NCBI GenBank assembly: GCA_018241545.1
Contig: JAFEDP010000001.1
Coordinates: 1-58,319 of the forward strand
Source: Pseudomonadota bacterium
GTDB lineage: Bacteria; Pseudomonadota; Gammaproteobacteria; Steroidobacterales; Steroidobacteraceae
Direction: 5' to 3'
Length of the DNA stretch: 58,319 bases
Of this stretch, positions 48,969 through 58,319 are shown in pieces. Each line of letters begins with the position of its first letter. Position 1 is the stretch's first letter. A program made the position numbers and the translations under genes. The notes under the pieces were generated by a model. That model made no database searches. It saw only the letters and a program-made list of their open reading frames with translations, and was not told the DNA's origin.

Positions 48969-49406
48969 CTAGTGCCCGGGACGGCGGCCACGGGAGCCCT
49001 CGTAGGCGACCCAGCCGATGATGATGCCGATCCCGATGCCGAACAGGACGCGCGCAGCGGAATTCACAGCGACGCCGCTTTGCAGCGCCGCGCCGATGCC
49101 ACCCTCCGCGCGCGTCAGATCGCTGAGCTTCGCGAGCACGATGCCGGCCGCGCCGAACGCGACCAGTTCGACCCAGCGCGGCGCCCGCCGCAATGCGGCG
49201 GCGCCGCGCGCGTCGCGCCCGCCCTGCCAGCCCGAGCCGAACAGCACGCCACCCAGCACCCCCATCAACCAGCGCGGCGCGGCCAGCTGCTCGGCGATCC
49301 CCGGCAGGTCGCCCGCGGTCATGCCGACGAGGCCGAGTCCGGCCATGATCAGCCCCAGCGCGGCGATCTGCGGAAGGGGACCTTCGGAGATGGGATTGGG
49401 CTGCAA
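48969..49406 (-). CDS. Hypothetical membrane protein
   Basis: 145 aa, Gly/Ala/Leu-rich with three to four hydrophobic segments. No recognisable motif. Coding status rests on hydrophobic periodicity only. Confidence 0.45.
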   Translation of the reverse strand: MQPNPISEGPLPQIAALGLIMAGLGLVGMTAGDLPGIAEQLAAPRWLMGVLGGVLFGSGWQGGRDARGAAALRRAPRWVELVAFGAAGIVLAKLSDLTRAEGGIGAALQSGVAVNSAARVLFGIGIGIIIGWVAYEGSRGRRPGH

Positions 49407-49516
49407 GCGGCGTCCACCTAGGGTCGCGGCAAAACGATCGGCCCGCCGCGCGCTGCTAACCTACGCCGCGGCGCCACGTCCCTCAAGGGCGACGCGCGCC
49501 GGACGTGACGTCCCAC

Positions 49517-50638
49517 TCAGAAGCGGATGACCTGGCGTACGCCGTGGCCGTCCGCGAGGCGGTCGAAGCCGGCATTGATCTCGTCCAGCGTCAGCGTCGA
49601 GGTCAGCAGTCGATCGACCGGCAGCCGGCCCTGCCGGAACCAGTCGATGAACCGCGGGATGTCGCGCTCGGGATCCGCACTGCCGAGGTAGCTGCCCCGC
49701 AACGTTCGCTCCTCGGCGACCAGGCTCAGCTGCGGCACCGGCAGCACCGCCTTCGGATGAGCCAGCCCGGCGGAGACCGTCATGCCGCCGCGACGAGTGA
49801 TGCGATAGGCGAGCTCGAGCGCGGCGGTCGCGCCGGCCATCTCGAACGCGTAGTCCGCGCCCCCGCGGGTCGCCTCGCGCACCCGTTCCGCTACGTCCGG
49901 ATCGGCCGCATTCCACGCATGCGTCGCGCCGAGCGACCGCGCCAGAGCGAGCTTGTCCTCGGACAGGTCGACGGCGATGCGGATCTCAGCACCGGCCGCG
50001 CGCGCGCCGAGCAGCGCCGCGAGTCCAACGCCGCCGAGTCCGACGACGGCGACGCGCGCGCCGGGCGTCACCTGCGCCGTGTTCACGACTGCGCCGACGC
50101 CGGTGACCACCGCGCAGCCGAATAGCGCCGCGTGCTCGAACGGCAACGCGGGATCGACGCGCACCAGCGACCGGCGCGAGACGGTGGCGTGGTCGGCGAA
50201 CGCGGAGACACCGAGGTGATGGTTGAGCGTGGTTGCCGCCGCCAGGCGCCGGTGGCCGCCAAGCAGGGTGCCGGCCCCGTTGCTCGCGGCGCCCGGCTCA
50301 CACAGCGCGGGTCGCCCGTGCAGACAGGGCTCGCAGGACCGGCAACTCGGCACGAACGCCGCGACGACGTGGTCGCCCCGGCGCAGGTCGACCACGCCCT
50401 CGCCTACCGCCTCCACCGTCCCGGCGCATTCGTGTCCGAGCACCATCGGCAGCGGCCGCGGCCGGTTGCCGTCGATCACCGACAGGTCCGAGTGGCACAG
50501 GCCCGCCGCGCGCACCGCGACCAGCACCTCCCCCGGACCCGGCGGCTCCAGGTCGACCCGCTCGATGGCCAGCGGGCGCGACTGCACGTACGGGCGCGGC
50601 AAGCCGCTCGCCGACAGCACCGCGGCGCGGATCTTCAT
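49517..50638 (-). CDS. Zinc-dependent alcohol dehydrogenase (MDR family)
   Basis: Start MKIRAAVLSA at 50638, inside track ORF 49517..50968. GLCHSDLSV and GHECAGTVEAVG zinc motifs. VVGLGGVGLAA NAD fold. Confidence 0.9.
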   Translation of the reverse strand: MKIRAAVLSASGLPRPYVQSRPLAIERVDLEPPGPGEVLVAVRAAGLCHSDLSVIDGNRPRPLPMVLGHECAGTVEAVGEGVVDLRRGDHVVAAFVPSCRSCEPCLHGRPALCEPGAASNGAGTLLGGHRRLAAATTLNHHLGVSAFADHATVSRRSLVRVDPALPFEHAALFGCAVVTGVGAVVNTAQVTPGARVAVVGLGGVGLAALLGARAAGAEIRIAVDLSEDKLALARSLGATHAWNAADPDVAERVREATRGGADYAFEMAGATAALELAYRITRRGGMTVSAGLAHPKAVLPVPQLSLVAEERTLRGSYLGSADPERDIPRFIDWFRQGRLPVDRLLTSTLTLDEINAGFDRLADGHGVRQVIRF

Positions 50639-50897
50639 TCCGGGGTCTCCTTGCGACGCCTTAGTGTACGCGGTGCGGCTCATGCGGTGCTCAGGGCCGC
50701 TGCGCGACGCGGCGACGGGCGACGGAGCCAGGTCGCGACACCGCCGCGGCCGCGGCTCGGGCGCAGGCGCGCGCACGCCGTACGGCCGCAGCGCGAGCGT
50801 CCCGTCACGCCGCGACGTCGGTGCGCTGGATTGTCCCCGGCCGGCGCGCGGGCGATCATCGTGGCCCCACCTCAGGGCCGCAGCGGGAATCAACGGG

Positions 50898-53429
50898 ATG
50901 CTTCCATCGCGATTCGCCTTCGGTCTGCTGCTGGCCTGCTCCACAGTGGCTGCGGCGGCAACCGACACGCCGGGCGTGGAATCCGGCGACTGGAGGACGC
51001 GGCTCGAGTGGCAGGGCCGCTGGTCGACGGTGGAGCGAACCTCAACCGCGGGCGGAGGGTCGCGCTATCGATTCGCGGCCGGCGGCGACGGCGCGCCCGC
51101 ACGCGAACGCCTCGTCTCCGAGGCCGGTGACCAGCCGCGGCTGCGAACGGGCAGCGACCTGTTCGACGGCCTGTTCGCACTGGCGCTCGCGGAGGCGGCA
51201 AGCGACAGCGTCGACAGCATCACCGACGGCGCGTTTGCCGACGGCCGGCCCATCCCCTGCGCGTGCTTCGAAACGGGCGAGAAGTGGCGCTACGTCTGGA
51301 CGCGGGACATCTCGTACTCGGTGGACCTGGCGCTCGCCTACCTGGACCCGCCGCGCGCCACTCGCTCGCTCTTCTTCAAGGTCTCGCCGGCGCGCGCCGG
51401 CGTGGCGGCGCCGGCCGAGTTGGTCGCCGAGGACACCGGCAGTGGCGGCAGCTGGCCCGTCAGCACCGACCGCGTCGCGTGGATCCACGCCGCCACGGAT
51501 GTCCTGCGCACGCTGCCGCAGCCCGAGGCGGCCCGCACCGAGCCGCGCGTGCGGAGCGTGGCGCTGGCCGTGCTCGACCAGGATCGCGAGTACGCCTTCG
51601 ATGGGCGTGTCGGCCTGTACCGCGGCGAGACCTCGTTCCTCGACTGGCGCGAGCAGTCCTATCCCGCCTGGACACGCGACGACGCGCGTTTCGTCGCCGA
51701 GTCGTATTCCCTGTCGACCAACGTCCTCCACTACGTGGCGCTGCGGGATGCGGCGCAGCTGGAGCGTCGCGCAGGCGGCCCGCGCGCAGCGGAACTCGAT
51801 GGCGCCGCCGCCCGGCTGCGAACCGCCATCAATGCGCGCTTCTGGCGAGCCGACCGGCGCCTCTATGCCAGCGTACTCGGGCCGGATCTTGCGCCACTGC
51901 CGAGTGCCGACCTGCTCGGCCTCGCGCTCGCCGTCGTGCATGGCGTCGCCGACGCCGCCCAGGCACGCGCCATCCTCGCCCGCTACCCGGTGGCTCCTGG
52001 CGGGCCGCCGGTGATCTGGCCCGAACAACCGGGCATCCCCATCTACCACAACCGGGCCGTGTGGCCGTTCGTGACCGCCTATGCGCTGCAGGCGGCGCGC
52101 GCCGCACGCGACGTGCAGCGCATGAGCGAGTACGGCGAATCGCTGGTCCGCGGTGCAGCGCTGGCGCTCTCCAACATGGAGAACTTCGAGTTCCTGTCGC
52201 AGCGCGTGGCGGTTGACGACGGGCCGCTCAGCGGACCGGTGGTGAACTCACCGCGCCAGCTCTGGTCGGTGGCCGGATACGTCGATGCCGTCGTCGACAC
52301 GGTTTTCGGCGTGCGCGTCGACGGGCGCGGAATCGCCATTGCACCGGCGATTCCCGGTGCGCTCGCGGCACGGCTGTTCCGCCCGGGCGAGACGCTGGCG
52401 CTCGAGCGACTGCGCGTGGGGAATCTGACGCTCAACCTGACGCTGCAGCTGCCGCCGCAGTGGTCGGCGCGCGACCTGCTCGAGGCGGGGCCGGCGACGC
52501 TGGACGGCGTCGCCGTGCCCGGCCCGATCGTGTTGCCACCCGGCCCGGAGCGGGAGGTCGCGGTGCACGTCCTCCTCGAGGCCCGCCCCGGCTCCGCACG
52601 CGCACGCGAGCCGGCCGCGCCCGATCACCTCGAGGTCGCAGCGGGTCGCGGGATCGCTCTGTTCGCACCGCGCACGCCGGTCGTGACCAGTGCTTCGCGC
52701 AGTGGCGCCCGCGTCCGCCTGACGGTCGCCGGGCTCGATCCCGGTGGCCGCTGGCAGGTGTACCGGGACGGCGTGCCGCGCCCGACGCCCGCGGCCGGCG
52801 ACGTCTACATCGAACGCCTCGCCGATCCGCGGCGCACCCACTGCTACTCGGTCAGCCAGCGATCGTCGGACCACGAATCGCTGCCGAGCCCGGCCGTCTG
52901 CCTAGAGGGCGCGGCCAGCCGCCGCCTGCTGGCAGCGGCGGGGAAGGCGGACGGCGGGAGCCTCACGACCGCAACCGTCGCGGCGACTCCGGACGGCGCA
53001 GGCGGGTTCGTATTTCGCGACTGGGGCGCGCCCGCCGACCGCCTCGATGCCGCGTTCCGGGCGCCAGCCGACGGGCTGCTGCGCCTGGTGCTGCACTACG
53101 AGAACCCGAGTGGCCCGGTGAACACGGGCATCACGGCGGCCGTCAAGCGGGTCGAGGCGGTCTGCGGCACGGGTCCCGCCCAGCCGGGCACGATCGTGAT
53201 GCCGCAGCTGCCGCACGGCACGCAGGGGACCTCGACGGGATTCGTGTTCACGGCGCGGCGTGGCGACCACTGCCGGATCGCGATCGGCGACGGGTTCAAC
53301 ATGTCCTACCTCGCCCACTTCGCGCTCTACACCGGCGGGCGCGGCGGCCGGGAAGGCCCGTGGAACCGCGCCGACGTGCACGCAGCGCAGATCGATGCCA
53401 TCGACCTGCCGCTGCTGGCGCGCCGCTGA
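50898..53429 (+). CDS. Secreted multidomain (alpha/alpha)6-barrel glycoside-hydrolase-like protein (GDE_C/GH15-related) with C-terminal beta-sandwich domains
   Basis: ATG at 50898 gives signal peptide MLPSRFAFGLLLACSTVAAAA, 843 aa. WRYVWTRDISYSVDLAL and IYHNRAVWPFVTAYALQAA resemble six-hairpin glycosidase / debranching-enzyme blocks. The C-terminal 300 aa look like Ig/CBM-type modules. The track ORF start at 50223 is a spurious extension. Confidence 0.55.
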   Translation: MLPSRFAFGLLLACSTVAAAATDTPGVESGDWRTRLEWQGRWSTVERTSTAGGGSRYRFAAGGDGAPARERLVSEAGDQPRLRTGSDLFDGLFALALAEAASDSVDSITDGAFADGRPIPCACFETGEKWRYVWTRDISYSVDLALAYLDPPRATRSLFFKVSPARAGVAAPAELVAEDTGSGGSWPVSTDRVAWIHAATDVLRTLPQPEAARTEPRVRSVALAVLDQDREYAFDGRVGLYRGETSFLDWREQSYPAWTRDDARFVAESYSLSTNVLHYVALRDAAQLERRAGGPRAAELDGAAARLRTAINARFWRADRRLYASVLGPDLAPLPSADLLGLALAVVHGVADAAQARAILARYPVAPGGPPVIWPEQPGIPIYHNRAVWPFVTAYALQAARAARDVQRMSEYGESLVRGAALALSNMENFEFLSQRVAVDDGPLSGPVVNSPRQLWSVAGYVDAVVDTVFGVRVDGRGIAIAPAIPGALAARLFRPGETLALERLRVGNLTLNLTLQLPPQWSARDLLEAGPATLDGVAVPGPIVLPPGPEREVAVHVLLEARPGSARAREPAAPDHLEVAAGRGIALFAPRTPVVTSASRSGARVRLTVAGLDPGGRWQVYRDGVPRPTPAAGDVYIERLADPRRTHCYSVSQRSSDHESLPSPAVCLEGAASRRLLAAAGKADGGSLTTATVAATPDGAGGFVFRDWGAPADRLDAAFRAPADGLLRLVLHYENPSGPVNTGITAAVKRVEAVCGTGPAQPGTIVMPQLPHGTQGTSTGFVFTARRGDHCRIAIGDGFNMSYLAHFALYTGGRGGREGPWNRADVHAAQIDAIDLPLLARR

Positions 53430-53566
53430 CCGGTGCGGCGCCATGGGCGCCATCGCGTCCCCGCCGGCGACCGGGCCGGCGGCGATCAACGGACGCGTGG
53501 AAACGGTATAGGATGCGGCCCGGCCGCCCGACCGTAGCGTCGGGCATCCCGAACGGGACACCGGAC

Positions 53567-54520
53567 ATGACGCCTAGGCTGACGCAACCGCGCACTCCAC
53601 GCCGACTGGCCGGCCTGCTGCTGGCGGCATTCGCCGCAGCCGCATCCGCGACACCGGGCGCCGCGCCGCCCCTCAAGATCGGGCTCGACGAGTTCGAGCA
53701 GGCGCGCAAGGTCGCGAGCCTGCCGAACGGCATGTCGCTCGGCTACGCGGAATGGGGCAATCCCGCCGGCCGCCCCGTCGTGCTGATCCATGGCTTCACC
53801 GACAATGCGCGCGACTGGCTGCCGCTGCTACCGGAGCTCGATCCCGGATTCCGCGTGATCCTGGTCGACATCCGCGGGCACGGACGCTCCAGCCGCCCGG
53901 AATGCTGCTACGGGCGCCTCGACTTCGCGTACGACGTCAAGCTGCTGCTCGACCAGCTGCACGTCGAGCGGGCCGACATCGTCGGCCACTCGCTCGGCAG
54001 CTTCATCGCGCAGACCTTCGCCGAGTTCTGGCCTGAGCGCACGCGGCGCGTGGTGCTCGTCTCCTCCTCCGGCGGACCGCGCGCCGGCTGCACGCCACCG
54101 GGCAAGGCCGCCAAGGCGTTCGATTTTCGCAGTGCGATCGCGAAGCTGCAGGAACCCCTCGATCCCGATTCGCCGTTCATGATCGAGTGGTGGAGCTCGC
54201 CGACGCCGGTGAACGAGGAATTCATCCGGCGCCAGCGCCAGGACTCGGCGGCCATCCCGCTGCGCGTCTGGCTCGCCGTCCTCGATCAGGGCCTGGCGGG
54301 ACCGGCCCTGGCCGATACCCTGCCACGTCTCAAGGCCCCGGCGCTGCTGATCTGGGGCCTGCGCGATCCGATCTTCGTGGCCAAGGATCGCTGCTCGCTG
54401 CGCGCGGCACTGCCGCACGCGACGGTCAAGCTGTTCCCCACGCTCGGCCACAACCCGTTCTGGGAACAGCCCGAGGCGGTCGGCGCCACGATCAACGGGT
54501 TCCTGAACGAGTCGCCGTAG
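53567..54520 (+). CDS. Secreted alpha/beta hydrolase
   Basis: ATG at 53567 (MTPRLTQPRTPRRLAGLLLAAFAAAASA). HGFTDN oxyanion region, GHSLGS nucleophile elbow and C-terminal GHNPFWEQPE. Inside the 686 aa track ORF. Confidence 0.85.
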   Translation: MTPRLTQPRTPRRLAGLLLAAFAAAASATPGAAPPLKIGLDEFEQARKVASLPNGMSLGYAEWGNPAGRPVVLIHGFTDNARDWLPLLPELDPGFRVILVDIRGHGRSSRPECCYGRLDFAYDVKLLLDQLHVERADIVGHSLGSFIAQTFAEFWPERTRRVVLVSSSGGPRAGCTPPGKAAKAFDFRSAIAKLQEPLDPDSPFMIEWWSSPTPVNEEFIRRQRQDSAAIPLRVWLAVLDQGLAGPALADTLPRLKAPALLIWGLRDPIFVAKDRCSLRAALPHATVKLFPTLGHNPFWEQPEAVGATINGFLNESP

Positions 54521-54542
54521 CCCGCGCGGCCTGCCGCGTGCG

Positions 54543-54815
54543 CTAAGGCGGGCCGAAGTTCGCCGACAGATAGTCGGCGACGAGATCGATCTCCTCGTCG
54601 GTCAGCTTGGCGCCGCGGGCCAGCATCTCGTCGATCCGCGCCTCCCACTGTCGGCGCGTGAGCCGCGAGCGCAGCACGTTCTCGAGCGAATGGCACTGCG
54701 AACAGGCGCGCAGGACCACCTCGCGTCCGGGCCCGTCCGGCAGCGCCGCCGGCGACTGCGCCGCGGCGGGCAGAACCGGCCACGCGAGGCACACGGCTAC
54801 TGAGACGGCGCGCAT
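54543..54815 (-). CDS. Small periplasmic monohaem cytochrome c-like protein
   Basis: Start MRAVSVAVCLAWPVLPAAAQ at 54815 (the track ORF extends to 54836). Single CSQCH motif. Starts 31 nt downstream of the PQQ dehydrogenase stop on the same strand. Confidence 0.65.
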   Translation of the reverse strand: MRAVSVAVCLAWPVLPAAAQSPAALPDGPGREVVLRACSQCHSLENVLRSRLTRRQWEARIDEMLARGAKLTDEEIDLVADYLSANFGPP

Positions 54816-54846
54816 CAGCTCGACCAACCGCAGCACGACCGCAGGG

Positions 54847-56742
54847 TCAGAGGCGGAAGGCGAGGAGCGCCGCCCCGGGACCGGGACCGCCGACGGCGAT
54901 CACGACGTATTGCCGGCCCGCCACGCGGTATGTCATCGGCGAGCCCGCGGTGCGCTGCTCACCGGTGGAGTAGGTCCAGAGCGCGCTGCCGGTACGCGCA
55001 TCCACGGCGTGAAACGCGGCATCGCCACCGCCGACGAACACCACGCCGCCACCCGTGACCAGGGTGCCGGCGGTGCCGACGGCGCCGAGCGCCTCGGGCA
55101 GGCGAGCACCCTTGAGCGCCGCATGCCGCCGCACGGCCGCGTTGTCGCCGAAGGGCACCTGCCACAGCATCCGGCCGGCATTGAGGTCGACCGCGTCCAG
55201 GTAGGCGTACGGCGGCTTCAGGATGGGGATGCGGTGGTGGAGGAAGAGCGAGACCTCGCCGGCGTCGTTCGGGCCGTTCTCCGGCGCGTGGCCTTGTGCA
55301 TCGGTGAGGTCGGGATAGATCAGCGTCGGGTCGTCGTTGACCTTCACGTACAGAACGCCGGTCTGCGGGTCGAAGGCCCCGCCGCCCCAGTCCGCGCCGC
55401 CCAGCACGCCCGGCCGCATCAGCGTGCCGCCGACGCTCGGCGGCGTGAACAGCGGCCCGAGCCGCACGCGCCGCAGGACCGCGAGGGCCTCCTCGTGCAG
55501 CGCCGGCGTCAGGTCGGTCGCGTCGTCGAGCGAGACGCCCTGCGGCACGAGCGCCGGGAGCCCGGTCGATACGGGCTGCGTCGGCCAGGCGGCTTCGCCG
55601 GGCACGTCGCTCGCCGGCACCGGCCGCTCCTCGATCGGATACAGCGGTGCGCCCGTGACCCGGTCGAAGACGAATACGAATCCCTGCTTGGTGAGCTGCA
55701 CGACGGCGTCGACGCGGTGCCCGTGGAGCGTGAGGCGCGCCAGCAGCGGCGGCGCCGGCATGTCGTAGTCCCACAGGCCATGGTGCACGAGCTGGTAGTG
55801 CCAGCGGCGCACGCCGGTCGCCGCGTCGAGGCAGACCAGCGAGTCGGCGAACAGGTTGGCGCCCGGCCGGTTGGCGCCGTAGTAGTCGTTGCTCGGGGTG
55901 CTGACCGGCAGGTACAGCAGGCCGCGCCGCTCATCGAGGGTCATCGGCGCCCATACGTTGGTGTGACCGGTGAAGTGGTTCGAGCCGCCGGCCCACGTGT
56001 CCGCGCCGAGCTCGCCATCGCGCGGCACGGTGTGGAAGCTCCACACGCGCCGCCCGGTCCGCGCGTCGTAGGCCCGCACGTCGCCCGGCGGGTCCTGCCT
56101 GTAGATCAGCTTGTCCGCCACACCGTTGCCGACGATCACGAGATCGCGGTACACGATCGGTGGCGAGGTGTTGGTGTAGTGGCGCGGGTTCACCGGCCAT
56201 GCCAGCCCCTCCAGCAGGTCGACCTCCCCGCCATTGCCGAACTCGGGCACCGGCCGACCGGTCGCGGCATCCAGCTCGATCAGCCGGTGCCGCGAGTTCA
56301 TCAGCACGCGCAGCGCGCCCGTGCGGCGGTCACGCCACACGGCCACGCCACGATGCACGAAGCCCGTGCCGTTGGGGACCTGACCCTCGCGGTACGCGCC
56401 GGGGTCGTAGGACCAGCGTTCGCGGCCGGTGTCGGCGTCGAGCGCCACCACCCGGTTGTACGGGGTCGAGAGGTACATGACGCCGTCGACGACGACGGGC
56501 GTCGCCTCGAACGCACCGGGCGCCGTGCCGAACTCGGCGAGCGGCAGCTCGCCGGTCTCCCAGCGCCACGCGAGTTGCAGGCGCGCGACGTTGCCGCGGT
56601 GGATCTCGGCGAGCGCGGAGTAGCGCGCGCCCCCCGCGTCGCCGCCATACTGAGGCCAGTCCTGGTCGGGCGGGCTGCCGGCCGCCAGAGCTGCGCCGGC
56701 GATGGGCCCGACGAGGGCGACGAGGATGATCCGACCTATCAT
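54847..56742 (-). CDS. PQQ-dependent dehydrogenase (glucose/quinate/sugar dehydrogenase family), periplasmic
   Basis: Start MIGRIILVALVGPIAGAALA at 56742, inside the 723 aa track ORF. DWPQYGGDAGGARYS N-terminal signature and repeated W-docking propeller blades. 631 aa. Confidence 0.85.
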   Translation of the reverse strand: MIGRIILVALVGPIAGAALAAGSPPDQDWPQYGGDAGGARYSALAEIHRGNVARLQLAWRWETGELPLAEFGTAPGAFEATPVVVDGVMYLSTPYNRVVALDADTGRERWSYDPGAYREGQVPNGTGFVHRGVAVWRDRRTGALRVLMNSRHRLIELDAATGRPVPEFGNGGEVDLLEGLAWPVNPRHYTNTSPPIVYRDLVIVGNGVADKLIYRQDPPGDVRAYDARTGRRVWSFHTVPRDGELGADTWAGGSNHFTGHTNVWAPMTLDERRGLLYLPVSTPSNDYYGANRPGANLFADSLVCLDAATGVRRWHYQLVHHGLWDYDMPAPPLLARLTLHGHRVDAVVQLTKQGFVFVFDRVTGAPLYPIEERPVPASDVPGEAAWPTQPVSTGLPALVPQGVSLDDATDLTPALHEEALAVLRRVRLGPLFTPPSVGGTLMRPGVLGGADWGGGAFDPQTGVLYVKVNDDPTLIYPDLTDAQGHAPENGPNDAGEVSLFLHHRIPILKPPYAYLDAVDLNAGRMLWQVPFGDNAAVRRHAALKGARLPEALGAVGTAGTLVTGGGVVFVGGGDAAFHAVDARTGSALWTYSTGEQRTAGSPMTYRVAGRQYVVIAVGGPGPGAALLAFRL

Positions 56743-56881
56743 GGACTGCCTCCGAGCGGACCGGCCTGCTCCGGTGCTTGCCGGTTCGGGCACGAAGTGT
56801 GGACGCGACCCTGCCGGTCGCGCAACGTGGACCCGGGGTTCCATTGCGTCGCGAGGGCCCGGTGTGCGATCAAGTGCGACC

Positions 56882-58319
56882 ATGAACCTCACGACGTCCC
56901 GGCGACCGGAGCCCGTCCTGCGCGCGCGGGGCGCCACTGATGCGGCCCGAACCGGCGCAGCGGCCCTGACGCTGCTGGCGCTGTTCGGCGGGTGGCCGGC
57001 GATCGGCGCAGCCGCCACGGTCGTTCATCCGGCCGCGTGGCCGCGTGCGCACAGCCCTAGCTTCATCGACGCGGCCGCCGAGAAGCGGATCTCGGAGCTG
57101 CTCGCGGCGATGAGCGACGAGGAGAAGGTCGGCCAGGTGATCCAGACCGACATCGGCGCGATCGAGCCAGCCGAGTTGCGCCGCTACCCGCTCGGCTCGG
57201 TCCTGGCGGGCGCCGATTCGGGGCCGCACGGCGACGACCGGGCCGCGCCCGCTTCGTGGGCCGCGCTCGCGCGTGAATTCCGGGACGTTTCGACGGAAGT
57301 GCGGCCGGGACACGTGCCGGTGCCGATCATTTTCGGCATCGATGCCGTACACGGCCACAACAACGTCGTCGGCGCGGTGCTCTTCCCGCACAACATCGGG
57401 CTCGGTGCGACGCGCGACCCGGACCTCATCCGACGCATCGGTGCGGCGACAGCGCAGCAGGTGGCTGCCACCGGGATCGACTGGACGTTCGCGCCGACGG
57501 TCGCGGTGCCGCAGGACGTGCGCTGGGGCCGCAGCTACGAGGGCTTCTCCGAGGACCCGCGGATCGTGCGACTGTGCGCCGCCGCCTACGTCGAGGGACT
57601 GCAGGGCGCCCCGGGGGCGACGCGGCTGCTTCAGGCCGGGCACATCGCGGCTACGGCCAAGCACTTCCTGGCCGACGGCGGCACGCAATTCGGCATCGAC
57701 ACGGGCGATGCCCAGGTTCCGGAGGCTGAACTCATCCGCGTGCACGCACCCGGCTACGCAGCCGCGATCGACGCGGGCGTGCTCACCGTGATGGCGTCGT
57801 TCTCCAGCTGGCAGGGCGCCAAGATGCACGGCAACCGGGCGCTGCTCACCGACGTCCTTAAGCAGCGGATGGGCTTCGACGGCTTCGTGATCGGAGACTG
57901 GAACGGCCACGCGCAGGTGCCCGGCTGTGCCAAGCGCCATTGCGCCGCCGCGTTCAATGCCGGCGTCGACATGTTCATGGCCGCCTCAGGCTGGCGCGGT
58001 CTGTTCGCGAACACGCTGCGTGCGGTCCGGTCGGGCGAAATCCCAGCGGCGCGGCTGGACGACGCGGTGCGCCGGATACTGCGCGTCAAAGTCCGCCTCG
58101 GCCTGTTCGACTCCGACCGTCCCTACGCCGGCCGCTTCGATCTGCTCGCACCGGTCGAGACGCACGCGCTCGCGCGCGAGGCCGTTCGCAAGTCGCTGGT
58201 GCTGCTCAAGAACGACGGCGTCCTGCCCGTCCGGGCCTCATCCCGCGTTCTGATAGCCGGGCCTGCCGCACACGACCTGAGAGTGCAGACCGGCGGCTGG
58301 ACCGTCTCCTGGCAGGGGG
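56882..58319 (+). CDS. Glycoside hydrolase family 3 beta-glucosidase (BglX-like), 3' end outside the window
   Basis: Not in the ORF track because it has no stop within the window. My manual translation from ATG 56882 gives MNLTTSRRPEP...EKVGQVIQTD...IIFGIDAVHGHNNV...FPHNIGLGATRD...DWTFAPTVAVPQDVRWGRSYEGFSEDP, which are classic GH3 N-domain blocks. The antisense track ORF 56870..57940 is its shadow. Confidence 0.85.
   Translation, partial: MNLTTSRRPEPVLRARGATDAARTGAAALTLLALFGGWPAIGAAATVVHPAAWPRAHSPSFIDAAAEKRISELLAAMSDEEKVGQVIQTDIGAIEPAELRRYPLGSVLAGADSGPHGDDRAAPASWAALAREFRDVSTEVRPGHVPVPIIFGIDAVHGHNNVVGAVLFPHNIGLGATRDPDLIRRIGAATAQQVAATGIDWTFAPTVAVPQDVRWGRSYEGFSEDPRIVRLCAAAYVEGLQGAPGATRLLQAGHIAATAKHFLADGGTQFGIDTGDAQVPEAELIRVHAPGYAAAIDAGVLTVMASFSSWQGAKMHGNRALLTDVLKQRMGFDGFVIGDWNGHAQVPGCAKRHCAAAFNAGVDMFMAASGWRGLFANTLRAVRSGEIPAARLDDAVRRILRVKVRLGLFDSDRPYAGRFDLLAPVETHALAREAVRKSLVLLKNDGVLPVRASSRVLIAGPAAHDLRVQTGGWTVSWQG

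Noticed and set aside
54607-56940. 777 aa ORF on the plus strand
   Set aside because: Antisense to the PQQ dehydrogenase gene, which has clear family signatures. The composition is dominated by Arg/Ala/Gly/Val, and there are no motifs.

Overview
Very GC-rich chromosomal segment (roughly 70% GC by eye), proteobacterial in style. It is densely packed with about 52 protein-coding genes, many translationally coupled through 1-8 nt start/stop overlaps. I found no rRNA, tRNA, CRISPR array, transposase, integrase or phage gene by reading both strands. Most of the very long ORFs in the track are antisense or out-of-frame shadow ORFs typical of high-GC DNA, or artificial N-terminal extensions of shorter real genes.

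Gene content from left to right:
- A lactone-oxidase/PLP-enzyme pair.
- A nitrogen-scavenging block: TonB-dependent receptor, HDAC-type amidohydrolase, complete ureDABCEFG urease cluster, one orphan gene, and N-carbamoylputrescine amidase.
- A TetR-controlled operon of TonB-dependent receptor, dihaem cytochrome c, MauG/CCP-like dihaem peroxidase and a beta-helix/cytochrome c fusion.
- Threonine dehydratase and a CrtI-like oxidoreductase.
- A large lipoprotein plus a hydrolase.
- IclR, a DUF1800/DUF1501 pair, TrxC, a homocysteine methyltransferase, NnrS and 5-formyl-THF cyclo-ligase.
- A complete AmmeMemoRadiSam triad (amrS divergent from amrB-amrA).
- An MFS / gamma-butyrobetaine-hydroxylase-like dioxygenase / HD-oxygenase operon that looks like oxidative C-P bond cleavage.
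- SDR and GNAT genes.
- A stripped-down TTQ amine dehydrogenase operon: mauB, mauA, two cytochromes c and a molybdopterin oxidoreductase, with no mauE, mauD, mauG or cupredoxin.
- A divergent MFS plus FAD amine-oxidase-like pair, and a Zn alcohol dehydrogenase.
- A secreted six-hairpin glycosidase-like protein, a hydrolase, a PQQ dehydrogenase with a small cytochrome c, and a 3'-truncated GH3 beta-glucosidase that is missing from the ORF track.

The best candidates for poorly described or undescribed biology are the two periplasmic redox operons (13.3-20.1 kb and 41.5-46.3 kb) and the AmmeMemoRadiSam locus. All functional calls come from motif recognition by eye. No database search was run.
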